Assembly: GCA_023515725.1 (NCBI GenBank)
Contig: JALDTO010000212.1
Location: 1-64,000, forward strand
Source: Amoeboaphelidium protococcarum X5
Taxonomy: Eukaryota > Fungi > Aphelidiomycota
Direction of reading: 5' to 3'
DNA: 64,000 bases
Part shown: in pieces, positions 12,504 through 28,144 of the stretch
Position numbering within the stretch: the first letter of the stretch is position 1
Layout: the number at the start of each line of letters is the position of its first letter
Program-made: the position numbers and the translations under genes
Notes under the pieces: generated by a model
The model's input: only the letters and a program-made list of their open reading frames with translations
Told to the model about the DNA's origin: nothing
Databases searched by the model: none

Positions 12504-13475
12504 GATACACAATATTTAAAGCAAGAATTCCATTGGAATGACAGAAAATCCACCATCAAAAGATTCAATTGTTTTCCGCGTAATCTATGGGATATCTATC
12601 AGACTTTAGTGCAAGGAACTGTCGAGCAGTTTCACATTTCTCATTTCACTGTACAATTAGTTTCACACAACAGCTCATTCTACACTATCATGCATTGTAT
12701 TGAATTTCCTCAGGCACGCCCAGCTAAGCGTATGTATAATGTAGTCAAAGCAAAATAGCTTTTGAAAGAGTAACACTGCTAATTGCGATAAGATGTAAGT
12801 TGTCTTAGTTTTTAGAATGTTGACGCCATTACTGATCTGTCCTGCATGTACACTTACGTCAAAACTATGTAGACTGAAAAAGTTTTAAACAAAGCTTCAA
12901 ATTTACGAGTGAAATCTCTGTTGAAAGCATAAAGGATATAAAGAGGTCGACTGCAACAAGGTTGCTCTATATCAGCCGCCGATTATTCAGTGGATGCGTC
13001 TTAATATTAAATACGCAGTGACCGAGGCGATCAACTTACTCAAATGCAGTAGTAGACTCTTCTACCATCCTCCGCTGTCATGTAACAAGCTCCCGACACT
13101 AGTTTTGATTTTGCCCCGGCATCATCTGCATCTGCTATTCACGTTTATCAAGATACCAGTCTCCTTTAATAAGACTTTGCAATGCAACTAAATCAAGACG
13201 TGAGTTCAAACGAAGTATCAGAAGACTAAGACCAGGTCCATGATTCAGATAACGGTTTTGATGACGGTAGTGGCAATAATGACGATGAACTTGATGATGA
13301 GAGAAGCTTTGATATTGATGTGTTAGGTGATGATGAAGTGTTTGTCAATATTGGTGGCCATTAAAGTGGTAGAAGAATACAATTTCGCAGCTCCAATCCT
13401 TTTGGCAACTCTAGTCCTGAGCTCCAGTCTGGAGATGATGATGGATTTGAAGAAGATTCTAGTCCATTCTATTGA
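12504..13475 (+). CDS. Hypothetical protein with acidic C-terminus; 5' end unresolved (first in-frame ATG 12690)
   Basis: TGA-free frame 12504-13472 with a D/E-rich tail; TGA 13473-13475. Confidence 0.55.
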
Positions 13476-13558
13476 TACTCAAGGTTTATTGAGTGTGACA
13501 CTATATAAATAAGAGTAACTTTAAAATAATAACTAGAGCATGTACAGAAAGATAAATT

Positions 13559-14282
13559 TCAATTTTATTACTTGAATACACGCGTATTGCTGAAGCTACT
13601 TTTATCCTTCAGGGCACTGGAATGATTTTTATACTCCAAGATGGTACCCGCTGGCAGTTCCAGTACTTTCATTAAGCGTTAACGAATCGCAGCCTTCAAC
13701 TTTTCATTCTGACAGTCTTTATTCCACACAGAGACGATGGTTTCGGCGGCGCGCAGAGACAGAACAATTCCGCAAACATCCTCGGCCAGTTGTTCCGTGG
13801 TGACTTCAGGCGCGTCCTGGCCTTCATCGGCACTGGGCACATTGACAAATTCACCGCCAACCAGAGCAATGGCGATGTTCTCCCAGACGCGATTGGATAG
13901 CTCCTTCTTCAATCTCACCATCCACTTGCCGCCTTTGACGTTCTCCTCGTCTTCCCACATTGGCTTCACGCCGTCCTTAAATAACATGTAGTCTGTGACT
14001 GGTGGCACGGCGGATGGTTTGTTCAGCCACTAGTGCATTGCCCAATATTCCTCAACCTACAATTACCCATAATTATTTATTCAGTAGATATAATTAGACT
14101 CATTATAAAATTAAACACGAATTTACAGTATTAGCAGTATTCACCTTGTGCATTCCACTTTCATAATCAGCTTCGGTCATTTTAGTACCGACAGGCCTAT
14201 GGGTGAACCACAAACTCCATGGCTGATAGAGAGCGTGACCTTTACTGTCGCCTTCACGTTTACTGTCCGACTGCTATGACAT
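13559..14282 (-). CDS. EIF4E2: eIF4E family cap-binding protein, class II (4EHP/eIF4E2-like); intron 14057-14126
   Basis: HALYQPWSLWF, Tyr at the Trp56-equivalent position (DYE), TVEEYW, DYMLFKDGVKPMWED..N..GGKWMVRLKK. Confidence 0.85.
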
Positions 14283-14832
14283 TTTGCTGAATTAAACACT
14301 GATGTAAGTAGATAATTATCTCGTCGCTCTATCTTGTTAATCTATTCACAGAATTCCGCGAACACAACCGAAAAGAGAGGGAAGAGATTGTGGCAGGAAA
14401 AAGTTTCAAAATGGCAAATGCGCAGACGGGCTGCGTACTGAAGACGTGCAGTGATAAAGAATGGGTACGCGTCTAATAATCAATGTATCAGAAATCTTCA
14501 GTGTTTTATTGTTGCATCAATATATATAATACTTCAGCTTAAAGATTTTCATCATGTACATATGCATTGTCTTAAGCTCTAATTTATACTAATAGAGGCA
14601 AAAGATTTGATAGTTGCAATAAAGATTCGCTCTTACGCGTTTTGTAAAAATGAAAAGGAGAAAGCTATTATTGAAACTTTTCGCACGATATTTCTAACTG
14701 AAAATTTCAATTTACACCAATAATTTAGAGGAAAATTTAATTTTGATTAAATAAAGTCTAAGCAATAATCTTTCCGTATTCGATATCTTGGTAATAATTC
14801 AGAATTGTGCGATCGTTTTACTTCTTCTGCAA

Positions 14833-16929
<2,097 letters not shown>

Positions 16930-17195
16930 TTGTAATACGTGTTCTTTGTGCATACACTTTGAAGACTTTCATATCTTTTTGGAACAGTTAAATTTGGAAC
17001 ATAGCGGACTTTGATTTTTCGAGTTTTGACTATTGCTTAAATCATAAGCAGCCGGTTTACAGCCTCAATGTGGTAGTATTGCTGAGGTACTACAGTTTCA
17101 AGCATTAGCGTTTCATCATTGCACGGTAAAAGTTCATCACTGGTAAAATATATAATCTGAAATAATTGACTTACAATCATACATTATTCTGAAAA

Positions 17196-18034
17196 ATGGA
17201 ACAGCTGGTAAAAGAAATCAAAAGTGACATCATTTCGTTGGCCAGTAAAGTATCTTCATTACTAATATAGTGCGCGGTCGACCAAGGAGATTATGGTGAG
17301 AATCTGAAACAGCCAAGTTTTGCTCTAGGCCAACTAAAAGATTTTTAGAATGAATGGAGACTTTAGTTGTAGAGTAAGTATTCTATTCCCGTCTCATCTG
17401 CGACAGATTATGAGTAATGAGTTCTCAACAGTTTGAAGATTATTTCGTAGCTGTAACTGCAAGTTCCGAGTGACCTTACTCTTAAGTCTTCAGGTGTGAA
17501 AATTGATACAATATATTTGGTGCCCAACAATATGCCTGGTAATGCTTATAAAAATTGGATTAAAAAAAGCTTGCATCTTCCCAGTACTTTCGCTAAATTG
17601 GTCGATTTTTTGGGCTCTTCTCGACTAGAACTCTCTGCTGACTTGGAGAGGAGACTGAAGCTGTTAGCATACGTAAACTAAACTGCATAATAAAATGAAT
17701 TGCTTTTTAGTTCTCGGAACGCGTGGTATCGGAAAATATCAATCCTTACTTAAATTGGGAAAGTGGACCGCAATTAATAGCAAATTAAATCATTTATTTA
17801 TTTGTGTTAGTATTAATGAGCACATTGTACTGTAGTCGGAATTTGAGGAGAGTGATTCATGCGGCTTCTGTACAATTGAGATGGCTACCGACAAGTAATG
17901 ATGATTGGCCTACCATAGGCAAGTAAATTGCAATTAAGAGACCTGAATAAGAGACAATAAGATATTTAAAAAATTATTTTGTATCACGGCGCAATGAAGA
18001 AGAAAAATGGAAAGTGTGCCAGCGCTTCTGGTGA
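17196..18034 (+). CDS. Hypothetical protein, probably with two introns; structure uncertain
   Basis: ATG 17196, GTAAGT intron near 17374-17431 joins to the frame of ORF 17496; putative last exon ends KVCQRFW TGA. Confidence 0.4.
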
Positions 18035-18779
18035 TTGCTGTAATGTTCGAGAGCAAGGACACCTACAAAAATTTATCTACGCGAATTGCGCGTGAAGTTA
18101 TAAAGCAAAGTGTTAGTCTTTGCTTCCGATGCTGGTACTGCTTTAAATACATTCAAATAAAATTTAAATAAACCAAAAAATAACACTAAAGTGTTACGAT
18201 GGTTGATTTAAAATGGAAAGACGATGTTGATGGTTTTGGATGATGTTTCGTTTAGAAGTGCTCGCTTCAACCGGACATCTTAGTCAATAATTATAAGGTA
18301 ATTTATAGAATTTGAGCAGTGTAAAGAAATCACCAAGAATGTTGCTCTGACATATAATGCGTCTGTATAAGAGGTAATTGATGCGTTTGATTTAAATAGT
18401 TACTTTTGTAGCTGGTTATACCACCTTCCGGTCATTGGTTGTAATTTTAAGTGGATCAGTCGCTAGATTGCGTGTTCTGACTGTCAATAAGTTGAGTAAC
18501 TCTGATGCTGCTGCTTAGGGATATTTTAAGTATGAGCACACGCACAATATGAATAAGTACTAATTATGTCCCGAAAACGTTATCGCCAATATGCAATTTG
18601 TCAGAGTTTAAGCTTACTCTTAAACGTGTACCAATTGGAATCTTTGAAAAGTCAAAGCTAAACACCGTTTTAATGAGTTGGACGAAGAGCATATTACCAG
18701 AGCAAAGTGCAGTTCTTTGGTCATTGATAATGAAATGATCAGAATGTATTATCCTATGGCTGTTGGTGTTGGTGCTTCT

Positions 18780-19310
18780 CAATAAACTCTAGCTTTTTCC
18801 GGCTGTTTATGCGACCCAGGTTGATGTCAGTACCTTTTAGACTAATGTTTAAGCTATCAGATTAAGGTCAATGCTAATTAGAATAATGTTAACACTATTT
18901 AGGCTAATGTTAATACTATTAGGGACGATGTGGACGATCTTAATTCTAGCCAGAATGATCTGCTCGTGGCTTTCAAAAAGGAATGCAATACATCACGTGC
19001 TGACGGAAGTGTACGCCAGTATGATAGATTCCTTGAATAATGTTTACTGCAGAAGGCCTGCCTTTGCTTGGACGTGTTGCAGACGTTCTGCCATTACTTT
19101 CAGCTCGTATTAATGATTACCTCAATTTTTACGGGCTGGACACTGATGGTACTGATGTTACGAGACAGTAAAGACTGTTGGAGCACATTGGCTCTGTGTC
19201 TATCATTCACATCGAAGAGCACTTGATCTAATTGACGCGTCTGGTAAAACTAAACCACTTTATGAATAACTAATTACAAAAACAATATCACATTAATTAT
19301 TATTGAATAT
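18780..19310 (+). pseudogene. Frameshifted remnant of a coiled-coil plus Mug135/DUF1773-like protein
   Basis: Heptad-like segment (NVNTIQANVNTIRDDVDDLN) and NTSRADGSVRQY in one frame; EGLPLLGRVADVLPL...INDYLNFYGLDTDGT...RLLEHIG in another frame. Confidence 0.35.
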
Positions 19311-19340
19311 TTACATTTATTGATTCTACCGTTTATATAT

Positions 19341-20333
19341 TCATGTCTATTCCAGTCCGATCTATTGTTGGTGACTTTAATCCACCTCTGTCCGTTCTAT
19401 AGCAAAGAGTTCGGTAGCAGACGATTACATCTGTCCATTCTTCTCAGTATTATAACCAAGAGAAACTAGAACAGTTTAAGCAAACTGGCTACACTAGCCT
19501 CTCACAACACAAATTTGTGTGAGATATATAACTGCTACCGTGCCAATAAAAATAGCAGGAGGAAGTAATGAGTGAATATCCAGAAGATAATACGAAATAC
19601 CGCCAATGACAGCTCCAAGAAGATATCCAATATACAGAGGGATGAATATCTTCAACTTCCACATTAACGATCTCTCCTATGGAAAATCTTGCCTCAAATT
19701 GAAAGGCTTATTTCTCAGTCGCTAAACCAAAGGGAGCACCAGTCTAATTCTCACCTCTTGACCAAGAGCAAGTCCGATATCAGTAGAAGTGCCAGTCATA
19801 TGAGTGGTGCGAATTGTAGCAGAGCTGTAAGAAGTGCAGAGCGCGTTCTAAAGACCGCACGCCACTGCAGCGAGATACTCTGGTACCCAAATCATCTACG
19901 AATATTATTCAGACTACCGAGGACCAACCAAAGTTTAAGCTCCGAAAGCTGCCAACAAAAGTGCACATTCCAAGAGTAGGGCGAATCCATACGCCGGAGA
20001 TAGAGAGAAGGACGTGGTACCAGACACGATGATAGCAGATAGGAAAGAGCCAAAAATGTAAGCTATCCACACAAACGATAGCTTGAGAGCCTCCATAAAA
20101 TCACCCTCAGCTAACAACAGACCAGTCCTTATCACATTGCCAGACATGTGCACGGTAGTGGTCTCAAATAGTCCCGCAATCTGCACAGCTCCAATGTATC
20201 CACTGCATAATGCCAACATTGTGGAGAATATAATCAGACTCTTGAACTCTTTTCTATTGACAACTTTCACATTCTTCTACTCATTCAAAGCAGTATTACT
20301 ACAGCCATCTTTGAGCTCTATACTTGTAGCCAT
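19341..20333 (-). CDS. DUF1275/YoaK-family membrane protein
   Basis: TVHMSGN, ACGLQNAL (Q=TAG) and IRTTHMTGTSTDIG signature motifs. Confidence 0.88.
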
Positions 20334-20606
20334 CTCTATACGTAATATGTTACAAGAATAACTTTATAAATACCCAGGCACTATTGCCACAGGTTAGCCA
20401 AAAATAATACAACTTTGGTAATCGTTTTTACGAAATCACAGATAAAGGAGAAAAGGGAAAATTGTCGGAAAGTTTAAAATTTCGGAAAATCATTTCGATG
20501 GCGATGATGAACTGTCACTATACCGGTCAAAGATTATGAAAATTAATTCATCAAAGTTCAACAAATAGAGTGACATGATTAAAGTACTGAATTTATAAAC
20601 ATGAAA

Positions 20607-22040
20607 TCATTCTGAGCTATTCACAAGCGAAGCTTTGTTCTCTTACAATTATGCAACATCATTAATACCATAATCACGCTATTGCTTCAAATCAATCTCA
20701 TCACTGCAAGACAATTAGACGCGACTTCGTTTATAAGAATCTTCTTCTTACTTCACTTTGGAATCTGCAATAGTATCAGCGGACTTGGAATCCACAGCTT
20801 GTTCAGAACTCTAGCCATCAGCCAGGCGCTTAGTTCCTTGTTGCAACTGGTAACCATTCTGATTGATGGAGAGATGATTCCACTTGAGATTGGCGACAAA
20901 TAGAACCGAGTGAGCCCATCCACAATAATCTCCAAATACAGATTTGAATAGCTACTGAATGCCCAGATAATGTGTAGGCGTTACAGACTTGATTTTGGGA
21001 TAACGGTAATCACGCTGAGCAATTTAAAGCACATGGGTATCCACAGGCACAGCATCATAGAATCCTAGAGAGAATAGCATTACGCAATCTGCAACTTTAG
21101 GTCCGACACCTTGGAAATTATCAACAAGAAACGATTTAGTCCTCTCATAAGATTCTTGATATAAATTCTTATCACTTGGACAATAATATTCAAGAAGCAA
21201 TTGAGACAATTCAAGTCTATGAGTTTAGCAAAGTTATAGCAAAGACTGACACGTATTTACAATATACTTGGCTCGATATCCAAATCCTAAATCACGTAAT
21301 GCAGCTTCCACCTGATTCAATGGTTGACAAAATTCAGCAGATTATGGAAAGGCAAAGAATATCTTCTATTCAAAGAAATTAGCCAACTCAAGGAGAACAT
21401 CGCGGTCATCATCACTCTCAGCGCACATTGACAGGTGGTAATTATCTTTAACATATCCTAAACCAATACCGAATCCTATAGATAATTTGCTCACCATCTG
21501 AGTGATTCGTGGAATGCCATTGTTGGAAGAGCATATGAACGATAGCAGACACTCGAATGGATCAATCTTGAGTATACGCAAACCCTGCAAGTTGATGGCT
21601 GTAAATTTCTTCTCAAAGTTATACTGCTACTACTACTATGGAGATGTAATGGCTTTATCTTATTCTAATTTATCTTCATTATTACAATTCAAACTCTAAC
21701 TATAATACAGCTTTTCATTCTCAATCCATTTTCGGTATAAAGCACTCATATTAACATCCAATTGAAAGTAATCCCTCAGAATATATTCATTACTACTGAC
21801 TACTGACTTAAGCTACGTGTTATTATTGGCGGAGAGGGTGGATGTATGATGCCAATAGTATACACTCTTGTCTTCAGACTGCATATTCTAATACAACGTG
21901 AATATGCGACCACTAATATCTGTGGTAAATGTGCGACTACTGCTCTTATTCCATCTAAATGACTAGCCAGTAACACAAGTGAGATCCAGCCTCAATTCTT
22001 CCACGGAACACAATCTCTTCCACTGACCTGTCAGTTTCAT
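20607..22040 (-). CDS. OGG1: 8-oxoguanine DNA glycosylase
   Basis: ELRLDLTCVTGQSFRW (Q=TAG), DPFECLLSFICSSNNGIPRI, GVGPKVADCVMLFSL...AVPVDTHV, GWAHSVLF. Confidence 0.95.
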
Positions 22041-22390
22041 CTCTCTAAATTCTGCTACTAGTACGGATTAAATATAACTTGATGAATGATTGAGACTGTG
22101 ACAAAACAAGAATAAGAAGAAACGCGTAAAGCGACGGATTCTCTCGAAATGTTTTGGTTTTACTGGCAGACTCAATTAAAGCGAGAGAGAGAAAGAAATG
22201 CGCTTTGAACGCTTTCACAGTGCGTTTCTTCGATTGAGGGAGCGGGAAGAGAACGACAACGCGAGAGAGAGAGAGAGAACGGGCAATCGCGAATGAGAAA
22301 TTCTTTCCTTTCCATTAGAACGGCTATTTGACCGATTTATTTATTCATTGAATTGAATTAGATAAACTTCATAGTAGTGGAAATCAAAAG

Positions 22391-22885
22391 ATGAAGAGAG
22401 CATTGGATTTGGGAAAGGCTAGAGCTATTCTAAGTTAGTCTGATTTTGAGGCTCTGAGTGCCATCAGGAACAGATAGATGGAGTTGGAGCGTGTTATTTC
22501 TACTCCCGTTCCTGCTGTGGACATGGAGCGTTATAAGCAGCTACTGAAGAGCGATGAGGGAGTTAGTGTACTGCAGAGTGTTCTGAAGGAAGTTGGTGCA
22601 TTCTAGCCGAAGAAGGCTGATGTATCCTCAGTGCTCAATGATCTGAATGCTTAGGAAGGTGATGCTGTACAGAGAGCCAAGGAGACTGTGGAGAGTGTCA
22701 AGGCTGCCGTCAGTGGATTCAAGAAGGATTTGGATAGCATCAAGAATCTGGCTCACTATGATCAACTGACTCCTGAAGAGATATATGGAGCTGCACCTGG
22801 ACTTGAGTAGGTGTATCACGAACGTCTAAGATAGGGTAAAGTATTCCACGATGGTCACGACTTTGGTGAAAAGTTCTTGGGTTGA
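22391..22885 (+). CDS. ATP7: Mitochondrial ATP synthase subunit d
   Basis: ~164 aa helical protein with PAVDMERYKQLLK and HYDQLTPEEIYGAAP, matching the subunit d layout. Confidence 0.7.
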
Positions 22886-22985
22886 TCGTTCTACAGGTGT
22901 GATTTTATGGGTTATTACTTGACCGTGAAAGCACTATATAATCAAAAAAAAGAAAGATTTTATACCAACATACCTTATGACAGTA

Positions 22986-23816
22986 TCATCGTTTCTTTTT
23001 ATTCTTCTTTTTCTACTATGAAGCCTTCTGACTGTTACTCTGAGTTGATGAACCAGCAGAAGGCAGTGCTTAATTCTTACTGCTTCCGCTCTGGGCAGAT
23101 GGTTCAGAATCACCGAAATCAAACCTTGGCAATGCACCATAATGGAGACGCAGATAGTTGGTTAGACTAGCATCGCGACTGAATGGAAATAGTTCAGCAT
23201 CAATGGGGAACTCATAAGCGTGCGCTGGAATTCTTTACTATGCAGCAGCTGATCTCAAATGTTCAACTTGCATTTTCTGAATCTTTGGAACTAATCTTGC
23301 CACAGCGTACAGTAACTGCTTCTTACGCTCCACCGTATACTATTGTCCATTCCACTAGTACGTGGTGGCGCTCATTTGCTTCTAATTCAACTTGACGCGA
23401 ACTCTTCCAAAGCCAAAGAAGTGCTTGCTGTACCTCTTACCTTCTTCTACCAGGACTTCGGGTCGTGGCGAGAGTAAGCTAAGTGCATCCGCAATGTGCC
23501 AACAGGTGATAGGCACGCCGTATCCAACACCTCTATCCGACTCTACAATCTCACCTAAATCGCCAAGATCGTCATTACCCTTCTATAACAAATTCTAGTC
23601 CAGACGCGTACATAAGTATGGCGAAATGTTTAGAGGTACACGACGACCATCAGCGACGGACAGTCTGGTGTCAAAGTAGGCAGGATACAACATCCACGCC
23701 TGTTTCCATTCATCCAAATTAACTTGAGGCTGAACGGGCTATTTTGCGTCTTCCTTAACGGCATTAGTAGTCTACTCTTATGGTAGTGCAAAGTCCATGT
23801 CATCAACGTCCGCCAT
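22986..23816 (-). CDS. SEC65: Signal recognition particle subunit SRP19/Sec65
   Basis: DVDDMDFALP, WMLYPAYFDTRLSVADGRRVP, GRVRVKL; Lys-rich C-terminus. Confidence 0.85.
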
Positions 23817-23974
23817 CTTGAATGTTGTTAATCTTCGAATACAGTTCTATTGTGTATTTATTTGATCTATCGTCGTTTGCGCGTAAAACTCTTGAAAAGA
23901 AGTTGACTGTTAAGTTGATTATCATCTTATTCTGAACAAATTCTTTAGGTAGATAAATTTTAGTGTAGATAATA

Positions 23975-24726
23975 ATGATTCGGTGGTATTAGAGAGTTTT
24001 GTAATAGTATCCGTATACTACATAGATGGCTACAGCGGGAGCACTGTTTGCCACGGGTGATGTGATGGCACAGAAGGTTTACAATCCGCTTCTATTGGGA
24101 AAGCCTGAATAGAAATATGACTATATCAGAACTCTTCGAATGACGGCATACGGTTGCTTTATTGCTGTAAGATTACTTTTAAATTCATCGGTATGATGAA
24201 GGCTTGCCTCATATTCATAGTGTAGGGACCTGCGACTTTTGCGTGGTATCGCTGGCTAGATCGAAATGTGGTGATGGCTGGTAGAAATTAGACTTTAGTC
24301 ACTGCTACCAGGGTCGCTCTGGACTAGTTTGCTTTTGCACCATGCTTCCTATACATATTCTTTAATTATATGGCTTTCACTGATAAGAGCGCGTACAAAA
24401 CATCTGATGCTGCGCGTAAAGCGGTGTCTGAACAGTATCCCAAAGCTCTTCTCGCCAACTATCAAGTAATTCAATCTAAATATACCGTCGTAGCGAATCT
24501 TTTATAATCGCATTGTGTGTAGATCTGGCCATTTGTACAATTAGTCAATTTTTATTTTGTGCCTCTAAAGTAAGTTTAATAGTTTTAGATATCTCTTTAA
24601 ATTCATCTGAAATCATTATTAGTGTTTATTGGATGTAGTTATAGATTGCTCTTGGTAAATACTGTGGCAATTGGATGGAATGGTTACTTGTCACTGGTTG
24701 CTTCGAAGCATGTTAAGGATGAATGA
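23975..24726 (+). CDS. SYM1: Mpv17/PMP22-family mitochondrial membrane protein (introns 24167-24225, 24466-24522, 24570-24638)
   Basis: [68 protein letters not shown]. Confidence 0.9.
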
Positions 24727-25044
24727 TATCGTATGTTCATGATGTCTTTTAATGTCTTGAAGATGTACTTTCTTTAGATCTTTTAATCAATCATTAATAG
24801 TTGATTTCGCGTATTCTTCTTTCAGATTTTAAGGCTTCTATATAATGTACTCAGGAATGAACTAAACAACCTGTACAATTTATCTCTTTTTAAATGTTTC
24901 TCTCAAACGTTAGCTTGATGCGATTTGATCGTTGTTGATTCGCTCAAATCTTTATCGTTTTCAGTTTCAACATCTCTTTCCTTTAAACAAGACAAGTTAA
25001 AGTAAATTTACCAACTGATAATATTTAGCTGTGGTAGATAAACA

Positions 25045-28000
25045 ATGCCAGAGTAATTAGTGCAGTAGTTAGAAGGCTTGGGTATCAGTAAGGAGGGAAA
25101 TGATAATAATGAAAGTTTGGAGCTGGAAGAGCCTAGACTATTCTCTGCCAACTCTTAGATGACCGTTCTCCCACCCATAAGGTAGTTGGAACCTATTCTC
25201 TTGGACTCTGCTGAGAGTTTCCTACACATCCTTCCTCTGATTAATGACCAGATCGAAAAGTACCTCACATTTTATCCTGATTAATTAAAGTTCACCGTGC
25301 AATGTTTGAAGCCTCTACTCAAGGATATGCGACGTCGATTCCAACTGCATCTTGGCACTGATTAGCCGTAGATTGAGGCTCCGATTTGTAAAAAGATACC
25401 GTATGAATGGACAAATGTTCATCAAGAGACTATTCATGATGATTACGCTTGGCTCACTGATAAAGATGATCCAGAAGTGGCCAAGTATTTGGAGGCTGAG
25501 AATTAGTATGCAGATGCTTGTCTGGCTCATACGAAAACTTTGCAACGGGTTCTGAATAAAGAGTTTATATCTCGTCTGGACTAGAATGCAGAGAGCGCCA
25601 AAGTGATGCTGTCAGATGGTTGGCTCTACTTTACTCGCAAAGTCCCTGCTGAGGAGTACCGACTTCATTGTCGTCTGGATCGTAATGGATTTGAGGAAGT
25701 GTATCTGGACGAGAATCATCTTGCAGATACATTACCTGAGGCTGCGAATAGTTCCTTCTTTCATTTGGGATTTTGCAGGCACTCTTCAGATTGTCGCATT
25801 ATTGCTTACGGTGTAGATACAACTGGTAGCGAACGATACACAACCTTCTTTAAAGACTTGGAGTAGTAAAAGGTGCTGGAAGATGTTGTACCTGACTGTT
25901 ATGAGGACTTTGAATTTGGTAGTGAGAACAGCGACTGCTTTTATGTGAGAATTGATGAGTATGAACGTGCATATTAGCTTCGTCTCCATATATTGGGTAC
26001 TCCTGTCGCTGAGGATCGTCTGTTCTATGAAGAGTCTGATGAAATGTTCTGCCTGACAATGACCAAGAGTAGTAGTAGAAAGTATTTATTTTTGAACACT
26101 GCTGCTCAAGTCACCTCAGAGACTCGTTATATTGACCTCACTGATCCTGCCTATCCTATACGTGTTGTGTTCCCTAAGCGTGAAAAGATTCAGTATTAGG
26201 TGGAGCATCATCATTTTTTAGATGCTGAGTTAGGAAGTCAGGATGCCAGGGGATACTTTTATGTCATGTCCAACGAGAAGAGTAAGAATATGCAGATCTA
26301 TCGTGTTCCTATCCTGCCAACTGCTGAGTTGGATGCCCAGTTCGGACCCGATGGTATGTCGCTGGACTGGGTGAGTAAACACAGAGAAAGTGTTATTGAT
26401 AACAGAGATTTTGTTCTGATTGAGGCATTCCAAGTCTTTTGTAGACATTTGGTGGTGTTTGAGAGAAGTAATTGTATGTAGAATATTCGAGTTGTTAATC
26501 TGGAGCATAACAGTTCCACATTTGACACGTTTCATTATGTGTCATTTCCTGATGGTCTGGTGTACTCGATATTTCCAACATTCATCGATGAAGAGGTTGC
26601 AAATCTGTCAAAGAACATTCCTTTCGATACTAATACGCTGAGATTTATCTATACCTCTTTTGTCCAACCTCGGCAGGTGGTCGATTACAATATGGACACC
26701 AGGGCCAAAATTGTCGTGCATGAAGAGCGTGTCCTTGGACCGGCATATGATCGGGAGTTTTATGTTCAGAAAAGAGTGTGGGCCACAAGTTATGATGGTA
26801 CAGCGATTCCAATGTCTATTGTGTACCGCAAAGATTTGATAAAGTTGAATTCTAATGGATTTCCATCTGTTGGAGGCTACAGCTCTCCTTCTACTCCTAT
26901 CGTTGGTCAGTCGAGTCTAGATTCTGCGGGTGATAGTCATAGAGGAAGCTATAACAACAATCAATCTGGATTTAATATTGCGCCATCTTAGGCTAATCCT
27001 CTTCTTTTGCATGGTTATGGAGCTTATGGCTATTGTGTACAACCCATCTTTAGTAACACTCGTTTATCGCTTCTGGATCGAGGCTTTATTTATGCTGTGG
27101 CCCACGTCAGAGGAGGCAGTGATTTAGGAAATGGTTGGTATCAAGAGGGTAAACTGGCCAAGAAGACTAATACTTTTGATGATTTCATCGCATGTGCAGA
27201 GTATTTGATTAAGGAGGGATATACTTCGAAGGAGAGATTGGCGATATATGGTCGATCGGCTGGTGGTTTGTTAATCGGAGCTGTCGTAAATAAGCGCCCC
27301 GATTTGTTCAAGGCTGTGTTAACTGAGGTTCCATTCGTTGATGTGATCAATACAATGTTTGACACTAGCATTCCATGGACGGCATTCGAGTTTGAAGAGT
27401 GGGGAAACCCTGAAGATCCGCGCATATACAATATAATGAAGTCTTATTGTCCGTACAGTAATGTTATTCCTGGGTAGATTTATCCACATATGCTGATCAT
27501 TGCTGGAATGAATGATCCGCGTGTGGCATACTTTGAGCCTGCAAAGTGGACCGCAAAGTTGAGAGCTCTGGGAAATTGGAGTCATGACACTAGACGGCTG
27601 ACAAAAGAGAAGATGTCAAAATCTGCGTCTGAAGACACTTCCGATCAGAAAGAGGAGTCTTAGTCGTCGTCGGTTGAGGTGGAAGGTAGTGCAGAAGAGT
27701 AAAAGGAATAAGAAGTATCAGACAGAGTACTGTTATTCAAAATTTAAGATGCTGGCCATTCCGGACCATCAGGTCAGTATCAGTTCTTGGAAGACTTGGC
27801 ATTTGAGTACGCATACATTATATCATCACTCAATGCACGATTCCGGCCCGAGAATTGTGGATTTATCAGTGAAGGTGACCAGGATGGCTCCGCGGTGGAT
27901 TACAGCAAGTATTGGGATGAAGTTGGCAGCGGTGATGATTTGAATGAGAATAACAGTCAAGAACTAGCTTAAATATAAGAGGATGACGAGGAGGAAGAAG

Positions 28001-28065
28001 ATGACAGTTACGGTGAAGAGTTTATTGCATAGGAGGAGGAAGAGGAGGGGGACGATCATGAGTGA
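25045..28065 (+). CDS. Oligopeptidase B-like S9A serine peptidase
   Basis: HDDYAWL, LLHGYGAYG, AHVRGGSDLG..WY..GK, GRSAGG nucleophile, NDPRV, DAGH; acidic tail to TGA 28063-28065. Confidence 0.93.
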
Positions 28066-28144
28066 CTATAGTGATAAAATGAAAATCAGAGAATATAATG
28101 TATTCTAAAGTACAGTATACAGTATTCATTCAAGGCGAGATAAT

